Part shown: positions 1-8,874 of the stretch, in pieces
Position numbering within the stretch: the first letter of the stretch is position 1
How the letters are laid out: every line of letters starts with the position of its first letter
Assembly (NCBI GenBank): GCA_051294375.1
Contig: CM119267.1
Span: 26,777,957-26,790,254 of the forward strand
Reading direction: 5' to 3'
Source: Paraspadella gotoi
Lineage: Eukaryota > Animalia > Chaetognatha
Length of the DNA: 12,298 nt
The notes under the pieces: generated by a model
What the model was told of the DNA's origin: nothing
The model's database searches: none
What the model saw: the letters and a program-made list of their open reading frames with translations, nothing else
Position numbers and translations under genes: made by a program

Positions 1-453
1 TATCTCAGTTCTCATTGGCATTATTGAGGAGTCACGTCTGGTGTTATTTGATAAGTCCTCTTCGAGGTCAATTTCGTCCACCTCGACTGAAGCTTCGATT
101 GTTGAATCGGTTATTATTTCCGTGTTTTGGGGCACGGTTGTAGCCTCTTGAATTGTTGGCTCTATTGGGTCCTCGTTTTCCTCGTTCGTTTCCGGTCTTA
201 TCTCTGGAACGGTTGGCTGTACTTGTTCGGTTCTGTCGGGGGAGTTTGGTGGGCCTGCTATTCTCACCGGTGGTTGATCGTCTTGGGACGGGGGTCCCGC
301 CTCTCTTCGTTCAGTTTGTTCTGGTGTGTTCTCTTCTCGAAGTCTCTGGTTGTTTCCGTTGGGGCCTGCATTTGTCACCTCTGAGTTTGGTGGAGCCGCT
401 TCGTCCCTATCTACTTCGGTTGGTGCCTCCAGCGGTGGTCCCGGTACTCTTCT
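1..453 (-). CDS. pol: Partial Pol: Pro/Glu/Thr-rich linker just upstream of integrase (clean copy, runs off the window; not in the ORF track)
   Basis: Stop-free 151-codon frame RRVPGPPLEAPTEVDRDEAAPPNSEV...EVDEIDLEEDLSNNTRRDSSIMPMRTEI; homologous to about 5391-5900, which lies between the OTU-like domain and integrase. Confidence 0.75.
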
Positions 454-621
454 TCATCTCGTATTAAAAAAAAAGAACAATCAAAATTTCATTCAAAGAA
501 AGAAAAAAAAAGAGGATCCCGTCCTACTCAGATACTCCGTATCGAAAATAAACGAGTCACTTGCAGGCGTTCCAGTCTTCCTAATTATATATAATAAGAC
601 GCTGAGTGAAAAACGACAAGC

Positions 622-670
622 CTCTCTCACTCTTTCTCTTCTCTCCTCTCTCCTCTCTCTCTCTCTCTCT
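622..670. repeat. Imperfect (CT)n/(GA)n microsatellite
   Basis: ctctctcactctttctcttctctcctctctcctctctctctctctctct read directly. Confidence 0.9.
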
Positions 671-714
671 TTCATTCATTCATACACGCATCTTGGTTTT
701 TTATTTACGATAAC

Positions 715-943
715 TGACCCTTCATCGCGTCATGAATGACTATCTCCCATCAATAATGATATCCATCATTCAAAGCATGATTATCATCACATCAAATTTG
801 ACAAAATGACTATTCATTCGCCATCCAATCATTGATTATTCCATCACATCACGTTATTTCATTATCAGTCGCGATCAGATTATTGGTTATCATCGCATCA
901 ATATTGGTTATCATCGCCGATCAATATATTTGTCTGATCATCA
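715..943. repeat. Degenerate ~21-bp tandem minisatellite, about 10 units, consensus near TGRYTATCATCRCATCAATAT
   Basis: tattggttatcatcgc occurs at 881 and 902 (21-nt period); decayed units such as tgattatcatcacatcaaatt and tgactatctcccatcaataa lie upstream. Confidence 0.75.
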
Positions 944-1646
944 AAGTAGAGCCCTCGATCCTATGCTTTTTAAGAATTTTTTTAAAATACCAATTTTTTG
1001 AGCGTTTTCTCATGGCCGAAAGCAGCTGAGGCAGAGGTTCTTCGAATACTAGGACTTAGTAAGACTTAAATTTTTTGCAATAATTGAGGACAACATCCCA
1101 CAACATTTTGAGCTTCACCTACTTTTCTTACAACAGTGTACAAAATCAAAGTTCAGAGTTCAATGCTCTACATAATGAGTCTAGACCTTTCCATGCATGA
1201 AAAGTTTTTAAATCAAAAACGCAGGTATTGTAAAGTGACCCATTAGACACATAAAATAAAATCCGATTCTTTTAAGTATAGAATACCAAAGAGAGTATGG
1301 TCGCATTCTTTTTTTTCCTGTTAATTTTACCTGTGATCTGTCCTGCTAATATATGACTTTTGCTTTAGACTTTTAAAATTTTTGCCCTTCCCAGGAGCGC
1401 CAAACAGTGCCACGAGCCGGTCAAAATTCACAAATATTTTTGTAGAATTTCTCTTGAACCAAGTTTTATTATATTAATTTATAAATATAATTAGTCATTC
1501 CTGAACTAGAATTATTTGCATTGCAAGTTAGTTAATTATATAAAAAAATAGTTTTAGTCGCCTCTATTATGCTTTGAAACATTTTTTATAAACCGGAACG
1601 TACCAAAAACAAGCAACCAAATTAGTTCTAAGATACCCTTTTTACC

Positions 1647-2022
1647 GTTTCGCTATTTTTTCGTGACGTTTAAATTATCACGAAGGAAATAGACACAAAC
1701 GAACAAAATGTTTATTTACTTATTTACAATCGATAGCCACATGTAATAAAATAAGATGATGTACGAAAATTGAATATCAACCCATTCGGCGCGAGAGGCA
1801 GCTTCGCTTATGAAAAATAGTAAAGTCCTTCGTCCTACTCCGCCGGCCATGAAACATTCCTCTTATGATCTAGCCACTCTCCCCTCTCTGATTCGCTATA
1901 GAGCTTTTCTTAAAACCACGATCGAATTAAACGAAGGGATGGAGAGAAGGTGGAGAGTGAGAGACGAGAAGTTCACTAATCGATCGATTAGAGTGAGCAG
2001 GCGGATCCAGTATCCGCTGACG
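1647..2022 (-). repeat. 3' LTR (~375 bp, boundaries approximate)
   Basis: Its reverse complement is colinear with 8875-9305 (shared words gcggata..atccgc, attcgatcgtgg, ttttcataag, gatattcaattt, taatttaaa, aaaatag..cgaaac); it follows the PPT and contains AATAAA. Confidence 0.85.
1711..1716 (-). promoter_or_regulatory. Putative polyadenylation signal AATAAA in the 3' LTR
   Basis: Minus strand gtaAATAAAcattttgttcgtttgtgtct with a GT/T-rich downstream tract, about 65 nt before the LTR end; not cleanly preserved in the other (noisy) LTR. Confidence 0.55.
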
Positions 2023-2024
2023 CG

Positions 2025-2041
2025 CCCACCCCGCCGCCCCC
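2025..2041 (-). promoter_or_regulatory. Polypurine tract (plus-strand primer)
   Basis: GGGGGCGGCGGGGTGGG on the minus strand immediately before the start of LTR homology. Confidence 0.7.
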
Positions 2042-2044
2042 AGA

Positions 2045-3740
2045 CGAGGGACAGTCTTAGGACTGGCACTGAGTCTCATCCGTCGTCCCGTGTGCAGCGG
2101 CCGATGCGGCCTCAACGTTCTGCTACCGACCCCCTTCCCGCTGGCGGCGGATGCAGCCAGTTGCGCCAACTGGGCAGCAGCCGCAACAGACGCAGACACG
2201 CGATCACTCTCCGATGGCACAAGTGCCCAATGAGCGGCGCCAGGTTTCACGAGCCAGTCTCCATATCTCCACTAGGGATGAGTCGCCGAAGATCCGCCCG
2301 GATGAAGCGACCAGACGGTGATCCGGCCGGTGATTTCCTCCCAGCCGTTTCATTGAAGCGCGTGGCGTTTGGCCCCGCTGACTTCGCGTGTCGATCCATT
2401 AAATGTCCCACCTCTTCGTATTATGAGATTTTCCACTATTATAGCTGACGTTGATGTTTGGCCTCCGGAGCTTGCTCCTCAGCGGGTTTCAGGTTACTTT
2501 GCTCGAACGGCGCCCGGTCGGTGTCGACAAACCTGTCGCCGCAGATTTTGGTAGTAGACAGGAGGCAGGAGAGCAAGGCGGTTTTCAAACGAGGAGTCCA
2601 TATTCACGTGGATTTGATAGATGGCCCCGTGACGATAAGCTCCGCCCCCGAAAGAGCATGGGCAGTCTTGGAAGCACCTTTCGTCTCCTCCGGAGGCAGA
2701 GCCGCTTTGTCGACATTTGGGCAGGTTACCAAGCAAGCTTCGTCCTCTAGGACGGCGGATTAAGTGTTCGCCAGCGGTCGATGACGTGTTTCCACGCCGG
2801 CCGATCGGTGAGCCTCAGAGGCCTGCCGTCCTGGCTTCGCGGCGCGCCGCTCGGTTACGCAAAGTTTTCACTGCCGCACTGCCTTTGTGAAGTTGAGTCG
2901 ATATTTTCCTGCGTTGCTTTGCCGCTACACTTCGAACCGCTTTGTTTCATGAGGGCTTCCATCACCGATGTGTCCGGTTTGCACTCCTTGAATTCTTCTT
3001 CCACGTAAAGAAGTTGGAGCCACCCGAGACGTCTCGTTCCACTTCTGATTCCCACAGCCTACTCGACAATCTTGTCTTTTTCTCGCCGTTATGAGGCGGA
3101 GAGTGACGCCGCCGTCGCTGGGTCCCGCCGCACATCGACAATACACCTCCCAATCCTTCCCGCCTGCGTCGGGGTATTAGGCTTCGGAGCAGCTCGTCAT
3201 GCATCCTCCGAAAGCAATTTGTCCCTGAGGTATGGTCTTCATCTATCCGGATCTGGCTGTGTGCTCCGGATGTCGTATATGCAATCGAAATCCGATCTTG
3301 TTTGTTTAGAATGCCTTTTGACCCGTTTTTTCTCCCCGACGAGGCAGCATCACGCGTCCGACTGCTAGCGGACGATCGTGCAGGCCATTCATAAACGTTC
3401 CGATCTTGCAATTTTGGTCTGTTCGCTTGGCGTCTCTTCCTTTCGGAAAAAACACAAAAGATCCGTTTTCTCCTTTTTTGTTATTTGTTGGATATCTTAA
3501 TGATTTTTTTTTTACTTTATTATTTGACGTCATTTACCTTGTTTGGCTTTTCTGCAGTAACTTTATCGAACGATGTGAGTCTCCTATTTTCCCTTCTGCT
3601 TCTTTCAGGCGCTCTAAGCTCGTTCGTCTTCCTGTGTTCGTTTCGAGCGTCTGCGTCTGCCCCCCTTCCTCCTCGCGAGCTACGACGAACTGCGATCGGC
3701 CGCGATTACCGGTGGTCTGAGTTGAGGAGGAACTGGTTTG
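2045..3740 (-). pseudogene. env-like type I membrane glycoprotein ORF, frameshift-ridden as assembled; ends approximate
   Basis: Lies between integrase and PPT. Frame fragments include KRVKR (furin-like, 3314-3325), FDCIYD, FGGCMTSCS, VYCRCAAG, DCRVGCG, ACLVTCP, RCFQDCPCS, sequons NET/NAT/NVS, a hydrophobic LAPLIG..CAIG..VIACL stretch and VCCGCCP (2171-2191). Confidence 0.6.
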
Positions 3741-3749
3741 TTCTCTGTC

Positions 3750-5400
3750 TGTTTCTGGCCTAAATATCTAATTTGTCTTCTCCTTATTCTTATACTTTCT
3801 CCTTTTACTTCCTCTTGTCTTTGTTTTAAGTTTCGTTTAACCCTTACCTTGAAGTTGACTTTGGCTATTGAAATTTATGAGTTTGTTTGCCTTTTGACTC
3901 TTGTAATCACGTTCGAATTGTGTATACGTTTGAAAGTATTTTACCAATTTGAGTACGTTTTCGCTTATACTTCTCTTAAGGTTCTGAAATCAGTCTGAGT
4001 CACCTGCCTTAGCTTTTGAAGGCGGTCGTCTGTGTAAGAGTGAAGCGCTTTCCGTTAATTTATTACATAATTGGTTTTTTCCCCTGCCTCGATCACTTTT
4101 TGTGTGGCCTGTTGTAATTGTTCACTCTATTTTGTGTGTGCGCGCCGCCTTTTCGAATAAGTCACGTCTCTGCGTAGTTAAACTTCGTCTCCTGTTTTGC
4201 TCTTCTTTGAGTTTCTGAAGCGGTATACCTCTTTTTGTGAGTTTCTATGTCTGATGATCTCTGCTCTACGAATTTGTTTCTTGTTGCTTCTTGTTGGTTA
4301 TCCTGCTCGCCTCTGTGCTGTACTCTGCCTAAGCATTCGTAGAATTCTTCATCTGGGGCGCCTCTATTCAGTCTTGGCCTTTCCGAATTGGAGATCGTGT
4401 CGTGAACATGTGTTGTTTTCTCATTGTTCATGGTGACGTCGACATTCAGGGTTGAGCTATAATATATTGCAGCGCCAGTTAGATCCACTTGATTCGGGTC
4501 ATCAGTTTAGGGTCTTCTTAGTGGTCCTGCCTATTCTGCTATGTCTCTTCGGGTCGGTTACTTCTTTCTTGGAGACTAGGATCCCTCTTTCTTTCCTTCT
4601 CCGCTAATGTTCTAGCACACAAAAGTCACTCTTCGCCGATATATTTTATTGCGACGTGCCCGTCGAAATTTTACCTCTAGGTTACGTTACCGTTGTTTTT
4701 CTTGTAGTAGATATGTTACTTGCATCGAGGGCTGATTACGTGTTAGTGCATCCGCCGTCTTAAGCTTTTTATTATATTGTAGGCTGATGCATGTCCAGAC
4801 TGCCACTAGGACATCGTTGTTAGCCCCCACTGGGGGTAAGGCCGCCATACCGATGCCCTAGGATTGCCCATTGGATTCGAGCTGGCTGTTGGTCTCGACG
4901 CGGTTCATTAGAATTGGCATTTCGGCAGATCTGGGATTGGCCGCGCCTTGCAACGTCGGGCGATTCGAGCACCATTTCTCCCGCAACTGACCGATATTCT
5001 AGGGTAGGCGCTATGTATTGCGCGGCTAGGTAGGAGCCTGAACATAGTCTCTTCCTGTGTGCCTAGTTTATTCGTGTTATTCTTTTTATTTACACTCCTT
5101 GAGACCTTTGTTGTGTGAGATGATATCTCTTGTTGACCGGCTTCGTTGCTGTTGAACCGGCAGTAACGCAGACGAGTCGTCCACTTGAGTTATTGTCTAG
5201 AATCCGTTCTACGTTCCGGAGGAGGAACTGCTTTGCTCCAGTGATGGTAGGCGGCAGAGTTTGTGCAAGTGATTTTTTCTCACCTTGCTTCCAAAGTTGC
5301 TTCTGACAGGCCACCCGCGCCAAGTCTTGCTTTGTATATATGTAATTCTTGGCGTCCTTGATTTCGTTGCAATCGTTCTGGCCCAGCTTTTATCATCTCG
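3750..5400 (-). pseudogene. pol: Integrase region of Pol (HHCC zinc finger, DDE core, C-terminal extension), frameshift-ridden as assembled
   Basis: Correcting small indels gives IKRIHEKLGHTGRDYVQAYLAAQYIAPTLEYRSVAGEMVLECPTCKA (about 5090-4945); GIGMAALPPVGANNDVLVAV reads directly; EVKFDGH near 4660; IAE near 4535; then KW..ALQYIIAQ. Confidence 0.75.
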
Positions 5401-5900
5401 GTTTCTCATTGGCATTGATTAGAGCGCAGTCGCGATCTTAGCTCATAATCATCCTTGTTGATAACCGCATCTTCGAGGTCAATCTCGTACCTATGCCGAG
5501 CGATACTGATGTGTTTGAATCGGTTCAATGATTTCCGTGGAGCCTGGGGTATTGTTAGGCCTCTTGCGATCGTTGTGTTCTATTTTGCGGTCCTGCTTTT
5601 TTCCTCATTTCCTCCTCTTCGTTTTCCGGTTCCATCTCCGAACTGTCTGCGTTTGTACTGTTCGATTCTGCAGACGGGAGTTTGTGGAGGCCTGCTGTTT
5701 CTCACGCGTGGTTGATTCTTGGTGGGGGGTCCCCTTCGTCTTCGTTCGTTTGTCTTGTGTGTTTTTCTTTCCTCGGGAAAACTTTTGTTTCCCGTTGTCC
5801 TGCGGTTTGTCACCTCCAGTTTGGTTGAGCCGCACCTTGTCCCTATTACCTCGGTTTGGTGCCCGTCCAAGCGGTTGGTTCCTGGGTACTTCTCTTCGGT
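5391..5900 (-). repeat. Diverged, indel-rich direct copy of 1-460 (Pol linker)
   Basis: Shared colinear words ttctcattggcatt, tcttcgaggtcaat, ttgaatcggtt, ggcctgct, tggttgat, gggggtccc, tttgtcacctc, gtccctat, ggtact. Confidence 0.9.
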
Positions 5901-6100
5901 TTCTGTTTTTGCGTGTGGTCTATGATGGATTGTTTGGCGGCCGACCATGACGCTGCGATGTCCGGCCGGGGGAGCATTGCAGTCGGCTCATTATGGGCTG
6001 GCGCCAACTGCTCTGGGTGGATTTAACCCTCGCCTGCATAGCCCCTTTCCGTCTCTATTCTGTGTTTCTAGGCCGATGTTTAATATTTCATCGTTGTGCA

Positions 6101-6125
6101 NNNNNNNNNNNNNNNNNNNNNNNNN
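6101..6125. other. Assembly gap (25 N)
   Basis: Run of 25 n. Confidence 1.
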
Positions 6126-8155
6126 CGGGGGCCATCTACTAGGTGTCTGATGGCTCTCATTCTTCTTTCGGTATCGCTGATCAGCGAAGCTTGGCCCGTG
6201 GTTGTTCTGAAGATTCTTATTTCTCTTTCCTTTCCTCCGCCGTACACCTTTTCGTACTTACAGCCGGCTTGTGCGGTGCTGTCCTCGTCTAGTATTTTAA
6301 TGCAAATACCTGTCATGTTCGCTAGTGCCTCTAGCTCTGGATGACCCAGTGACCAGTCCTTTGCACGTTTATCAGAACAATCTCTGCAAACGTCTTTTGT
6401 TTTTGGTGCGCCGTACAGCTTTTTTATGTTCGCCCTCTGGCGAGAGAAATAATTTTTCATGAATTCGAAGAATTTTGTTCGAAAGCATTTTTCGTCGATG
6501 TTTAGCGCGGTGGCTATTATTCCTAGTATCGGCGCTCCGCCTACCCTGACTTCCAGGTGTCCTGGCCACGACTCGCCTGACAACGGTTCTTCGGTGAAGC
6601 CTGGCTCGTAACTGCCGTTGATGTCGAAGCCTGCGGCTAGGAAAGGCGTGTCTAGCGGGGTGATTTGATTTTGATCAGTGAATCTGGTTAAAAAGTCCGC
6701 TGGGTTGTCGCCACTTTTTACTAAGATGATCTCTGAGGGGTGGCATTCTTGGCGGATTTCTGTTATCCAGCGTAGTACGTTCGTTGGGAGCAGCTGCTGT
6801 TTGTCGTGTTGCTGGTCCATTACTCTTTTGAAGTATTGTGAGTCTGTCACTAGACTGACTTTTCTTCCACAAATGTAACCTTTGAACTTTCTCACCATCA
6901 TGTTGAAAGCGAGTGTTTCTAGGATGTTGATGTGTTTTATTCTGTACTCTTCTGGGAATGATTTTGAGTGGAAACTGAGGGGGTATTCAGTTCCGTTAGC
7001 AGTTGCTGTGATTAAGCCCCCCATAGCGCTTGTGCTTGCGTCGGCGTAAATTTTGTACTCACCATTTTTGATTTTTGCATCGTTCAGGAAATTCAGCCCC
7101 GGCGTCGATTTGATTTCCTCTACTAGCATTTCTAAGGCTTTTCTGATCTCGTCTCTGAATTCGAAGTCTTTCCTGTCGACCAGGGTTAGCGCGTGGAGGG
7201 GCTGCGCCAGGTATGAGAATCGATGCGTGAAGCACCTGTAATAATTTAGCGACGCTAACAGCGCGCGTAGTTCTTTTTGCGTCTTGATCTCTTTCAGTCT
7301 CAGCTCCGCTTGCTCAAGCTTTTCCTTTTGGGGTTTCAGTTTGTCCTTCGAGATGCTGAAGCCTAGGATTTTGATGTCATCTTTCCTTAAGAGGACGCTT
7401 TTTGTCCACTTGAGGACCACATTCTCTTTCCTGCAGATTTCAAGGAATTCTCTCAACCTGTCTGCCATTTCTTCCGGTGACTTTGCTGTGAGGATCAGGT
7501 CGTCCACGTATATGAGGAAGCTTTTGACGTCTCTTCCTAGGTCCGCGAAGATCTCGTCGAGTATCGCTTGCAGCACATTTATGCTGTTTACGCCTCCCAT
7601 CGGGAGTTTGTTCATCTTCCAATTGTGCCCTGCGCCGGCAAAGGTGGTCACGGGTTTGCATCTGTCTGTCAGATTTACCTGATGGAAACAGGCTAGGATG
7701 TCCACTGAGCACTGGAGCTCATGTGGTTTGTATTGTTCCAAGATGGATGTTATTGTTTGCGGCTCAGTGGCGAAAGTTGATATATTTCTGTTTACCGCTG
7801 AGAGATCGCAAATGAGTCGCCATTGTTTGGCGAACGTTTCGTCATCCATTTCGTTTTGGCCTTCTTTGATGTGGTTCGGCTTCTTTATTAGGAAGGCGTT
7901 CGAATATGCCTCACCCGTCGTTCTTGAGACGACACCTGCTTGTTCGTACACTTCCAGGTACCTTTTTAGGGCGGCTTTCTTGACAGGGCCTTGATTCATG
8001 AAATCTTGGCTTGGGTAAGTGGTTGTTGTTTGAATCCAGGTCAACTTTTCTGTTAGGAAGCCTTCCTTGCAATAATCGTTAATCGTTCGCCAATACGTCT
8101 CGTATTCCCGAGCCACGTCAAGTACTTCGTCTGCCTTTTCGCTGAGGGGACGGGT
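6126..8155 (-). CDS. pol: Pol core: reverse transcriptase, RNase H and OTU-like domain (ORF track 6080..8116; the frame is open from 8155 and continues into the gap)
   Basis: RT motifs SNAFLIKK, WRLICDLSAVN, VDILACFHQV, LPMG (7595-7606), YVDD (7499-7510), ILGF, LRALLASLNYYRCF. Ty3-type RNase H IYADAS (7034-7051), INILETLA, LVTDS, NPADFLTR with all four acidic residues. Confidence 0.95.
6179..6559 (-). other. OTU-like (cysteine deubiquitinase fold) domain lacking catalytic Cys and His
   Basis: EVRVGGAPILGIIATAL at the GDGNCLFRA position, LGHPELEALANMTGICIKIL matching WGGxxELxALS..I.I, and VYGGGKEREIRIFRTTTGQASLI at the YG...I.L.Y...HY position. Recognised by eye, no HMM run. Confidence 0.65.
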
Positions 8156-8834
8156 CTATTTCCTGAACGGCTTTCAGGAGAGCTTTCGCGGCCTCTTTCA
8201 TCATGCTTTTGTCTCCTTCTGCTCCTGGCTTTGCTGCTTGTTCGATCTCTTCCTTCGATGCGGGGGTGTCTCTAATCGCTTGTCGGGGCGTGCGGATGTG
8301 ACTGTTGTCTACGACGCTCTTTTTTCTAATACTGCCGTGTGTCCCGCAACGCTTGTTATTTTTTTGGTCTCTGTGTGGGAAAGTCCTCACGGGTCTGCCT
8401 GCGCAGTGCGGCTTCAGTCCTAGCTCTCTGGCCGCGTTCTCCGCGATGATTATTCTGGCTGATCCCCATGTGCCCGGTTTTCCTGGGAGTTCGACTCCTT
8501 CTTTCAGGTCGTTTCCCGTTACCGTAACTGCTGTCTTTCCGTCTGCTGATTCCATCAGCCATTTGGAATCGGCCAGCGATTTCCAATATGTGCGTGCCGC
8601 TCTGACCTTGGCGTTCCCGGTGCCATTTGCTTCTGCGAATAATGGAATCTCTGTTCTGTCGTCTATGTATTGCCTGGCCAGCCATCTGGCGGCTCTTAGG
8701 GCGTTCTGCTTGCTTTTGAACAGGTGGGTTACCGGTTTTCCATTCATGTGGGCTACCTGCGTTCCGTCTTTATCATTCGGCGTTATCACCCACATCTCTT
8801 CGCTGGGCCCGGGGTCGGTCGTCGCCGTGCCTAG
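8118..8834 (-). CDS. pol: Pol segment upstream of RT: protease C-terminus (LGT), candidate second inactive retropepsin-like domain, and linker; open to the gap
   Basis: Frame is open from 8834 (LGTATTDPGPSEEMWVIT...). HMNGKPVTHLFKSKQ parallels INGxPxxxLxDTGA and IIIAENAARELGL parallels ILGxDxLxxLG. Overlaps the RT frame at +1. Confidence 0.8.
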   Translation of the reverse strand, partial: LGTATTDPGPSEEMWVITPNDKDGTQVAHMNGKPVTHLFKSKQNALRAARWLARQYIDDRTEIPLFAEANGTGNAKVRAARTYWKSLADSKWLMESADGKTAVTVTGNDLKEGVELPGKPGTWGSARIIIAENAARELGLKPHCAGRPVRTFPHRDQKNNKRCGTHGSIRKKSVVDNSHIRTPRQAIRDTPASKEEIEQAAKPGAEGDKSMMKEAAKALLKAVQEIDPSPQRKGRRST

Positions 8835-8835
8835 T

Positions 8836-8860
8836 NNNNNNNNNNNNNNNNNNNNNNNNN
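8836..8860. other. Assembly gap (25 N)
   Basis: Run of 25 n. Confidence 1.
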
Positions 8861-8874
8861 AAAAAAGTAGAGAG

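Noticed and set aside
715-943. CRISPR-like array
   Set aside because: Units are contiguous with no unique spacers, there are no cas genes, and the context is eukaryotic.
1636-1646. Target-site duplication with the sequence before the other LTR (8861-8874)
   Set aside because: No convincing 4-6 bp match; the ends are noisy and the two LTRs may come from different copies.
2043-2090. Hammerhead-like fold before the PPT (minus strand gacga-cggatga-gact..agtc..gtc-cctcgtc)
   Set aside because: Stems can be drawn, but CUGAUGA is mismatched and the GAAA core and stem III are absent; the sequence is noisy.
1810-2448. 212-aa plus-strand ORF
   Set aside because: Antisense to env, PPT and LTR in error-rich sequence; Arg/Pro/Ser-rich with no recognisable motif.
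3440-3537. Possible short intron or env splice acceptor (aag|gtaaat ... ttttgtgttttttccgaaag|g, minus strand)
   Set aside because: An open frame (3306-3533) runs through it and a signal-like segment lies upstream; unsupported without RNA data.
6080-6125. ORF-track C-terminus CTTMKY-stop for Pol
   Set aside because: It results from translating through 25 arbitrary Ns; another frame continues (HNDEILNIGLETQ) toward the linker.
6126-8155. Prokaryotic RT system (retron, DGR, group II intron, Abi)
   Set aside because: RT is followed by a Ty3-type RNase H and linked to retropepsin, integrase and LTRs; the motifs are Ty3/gypsy-like.
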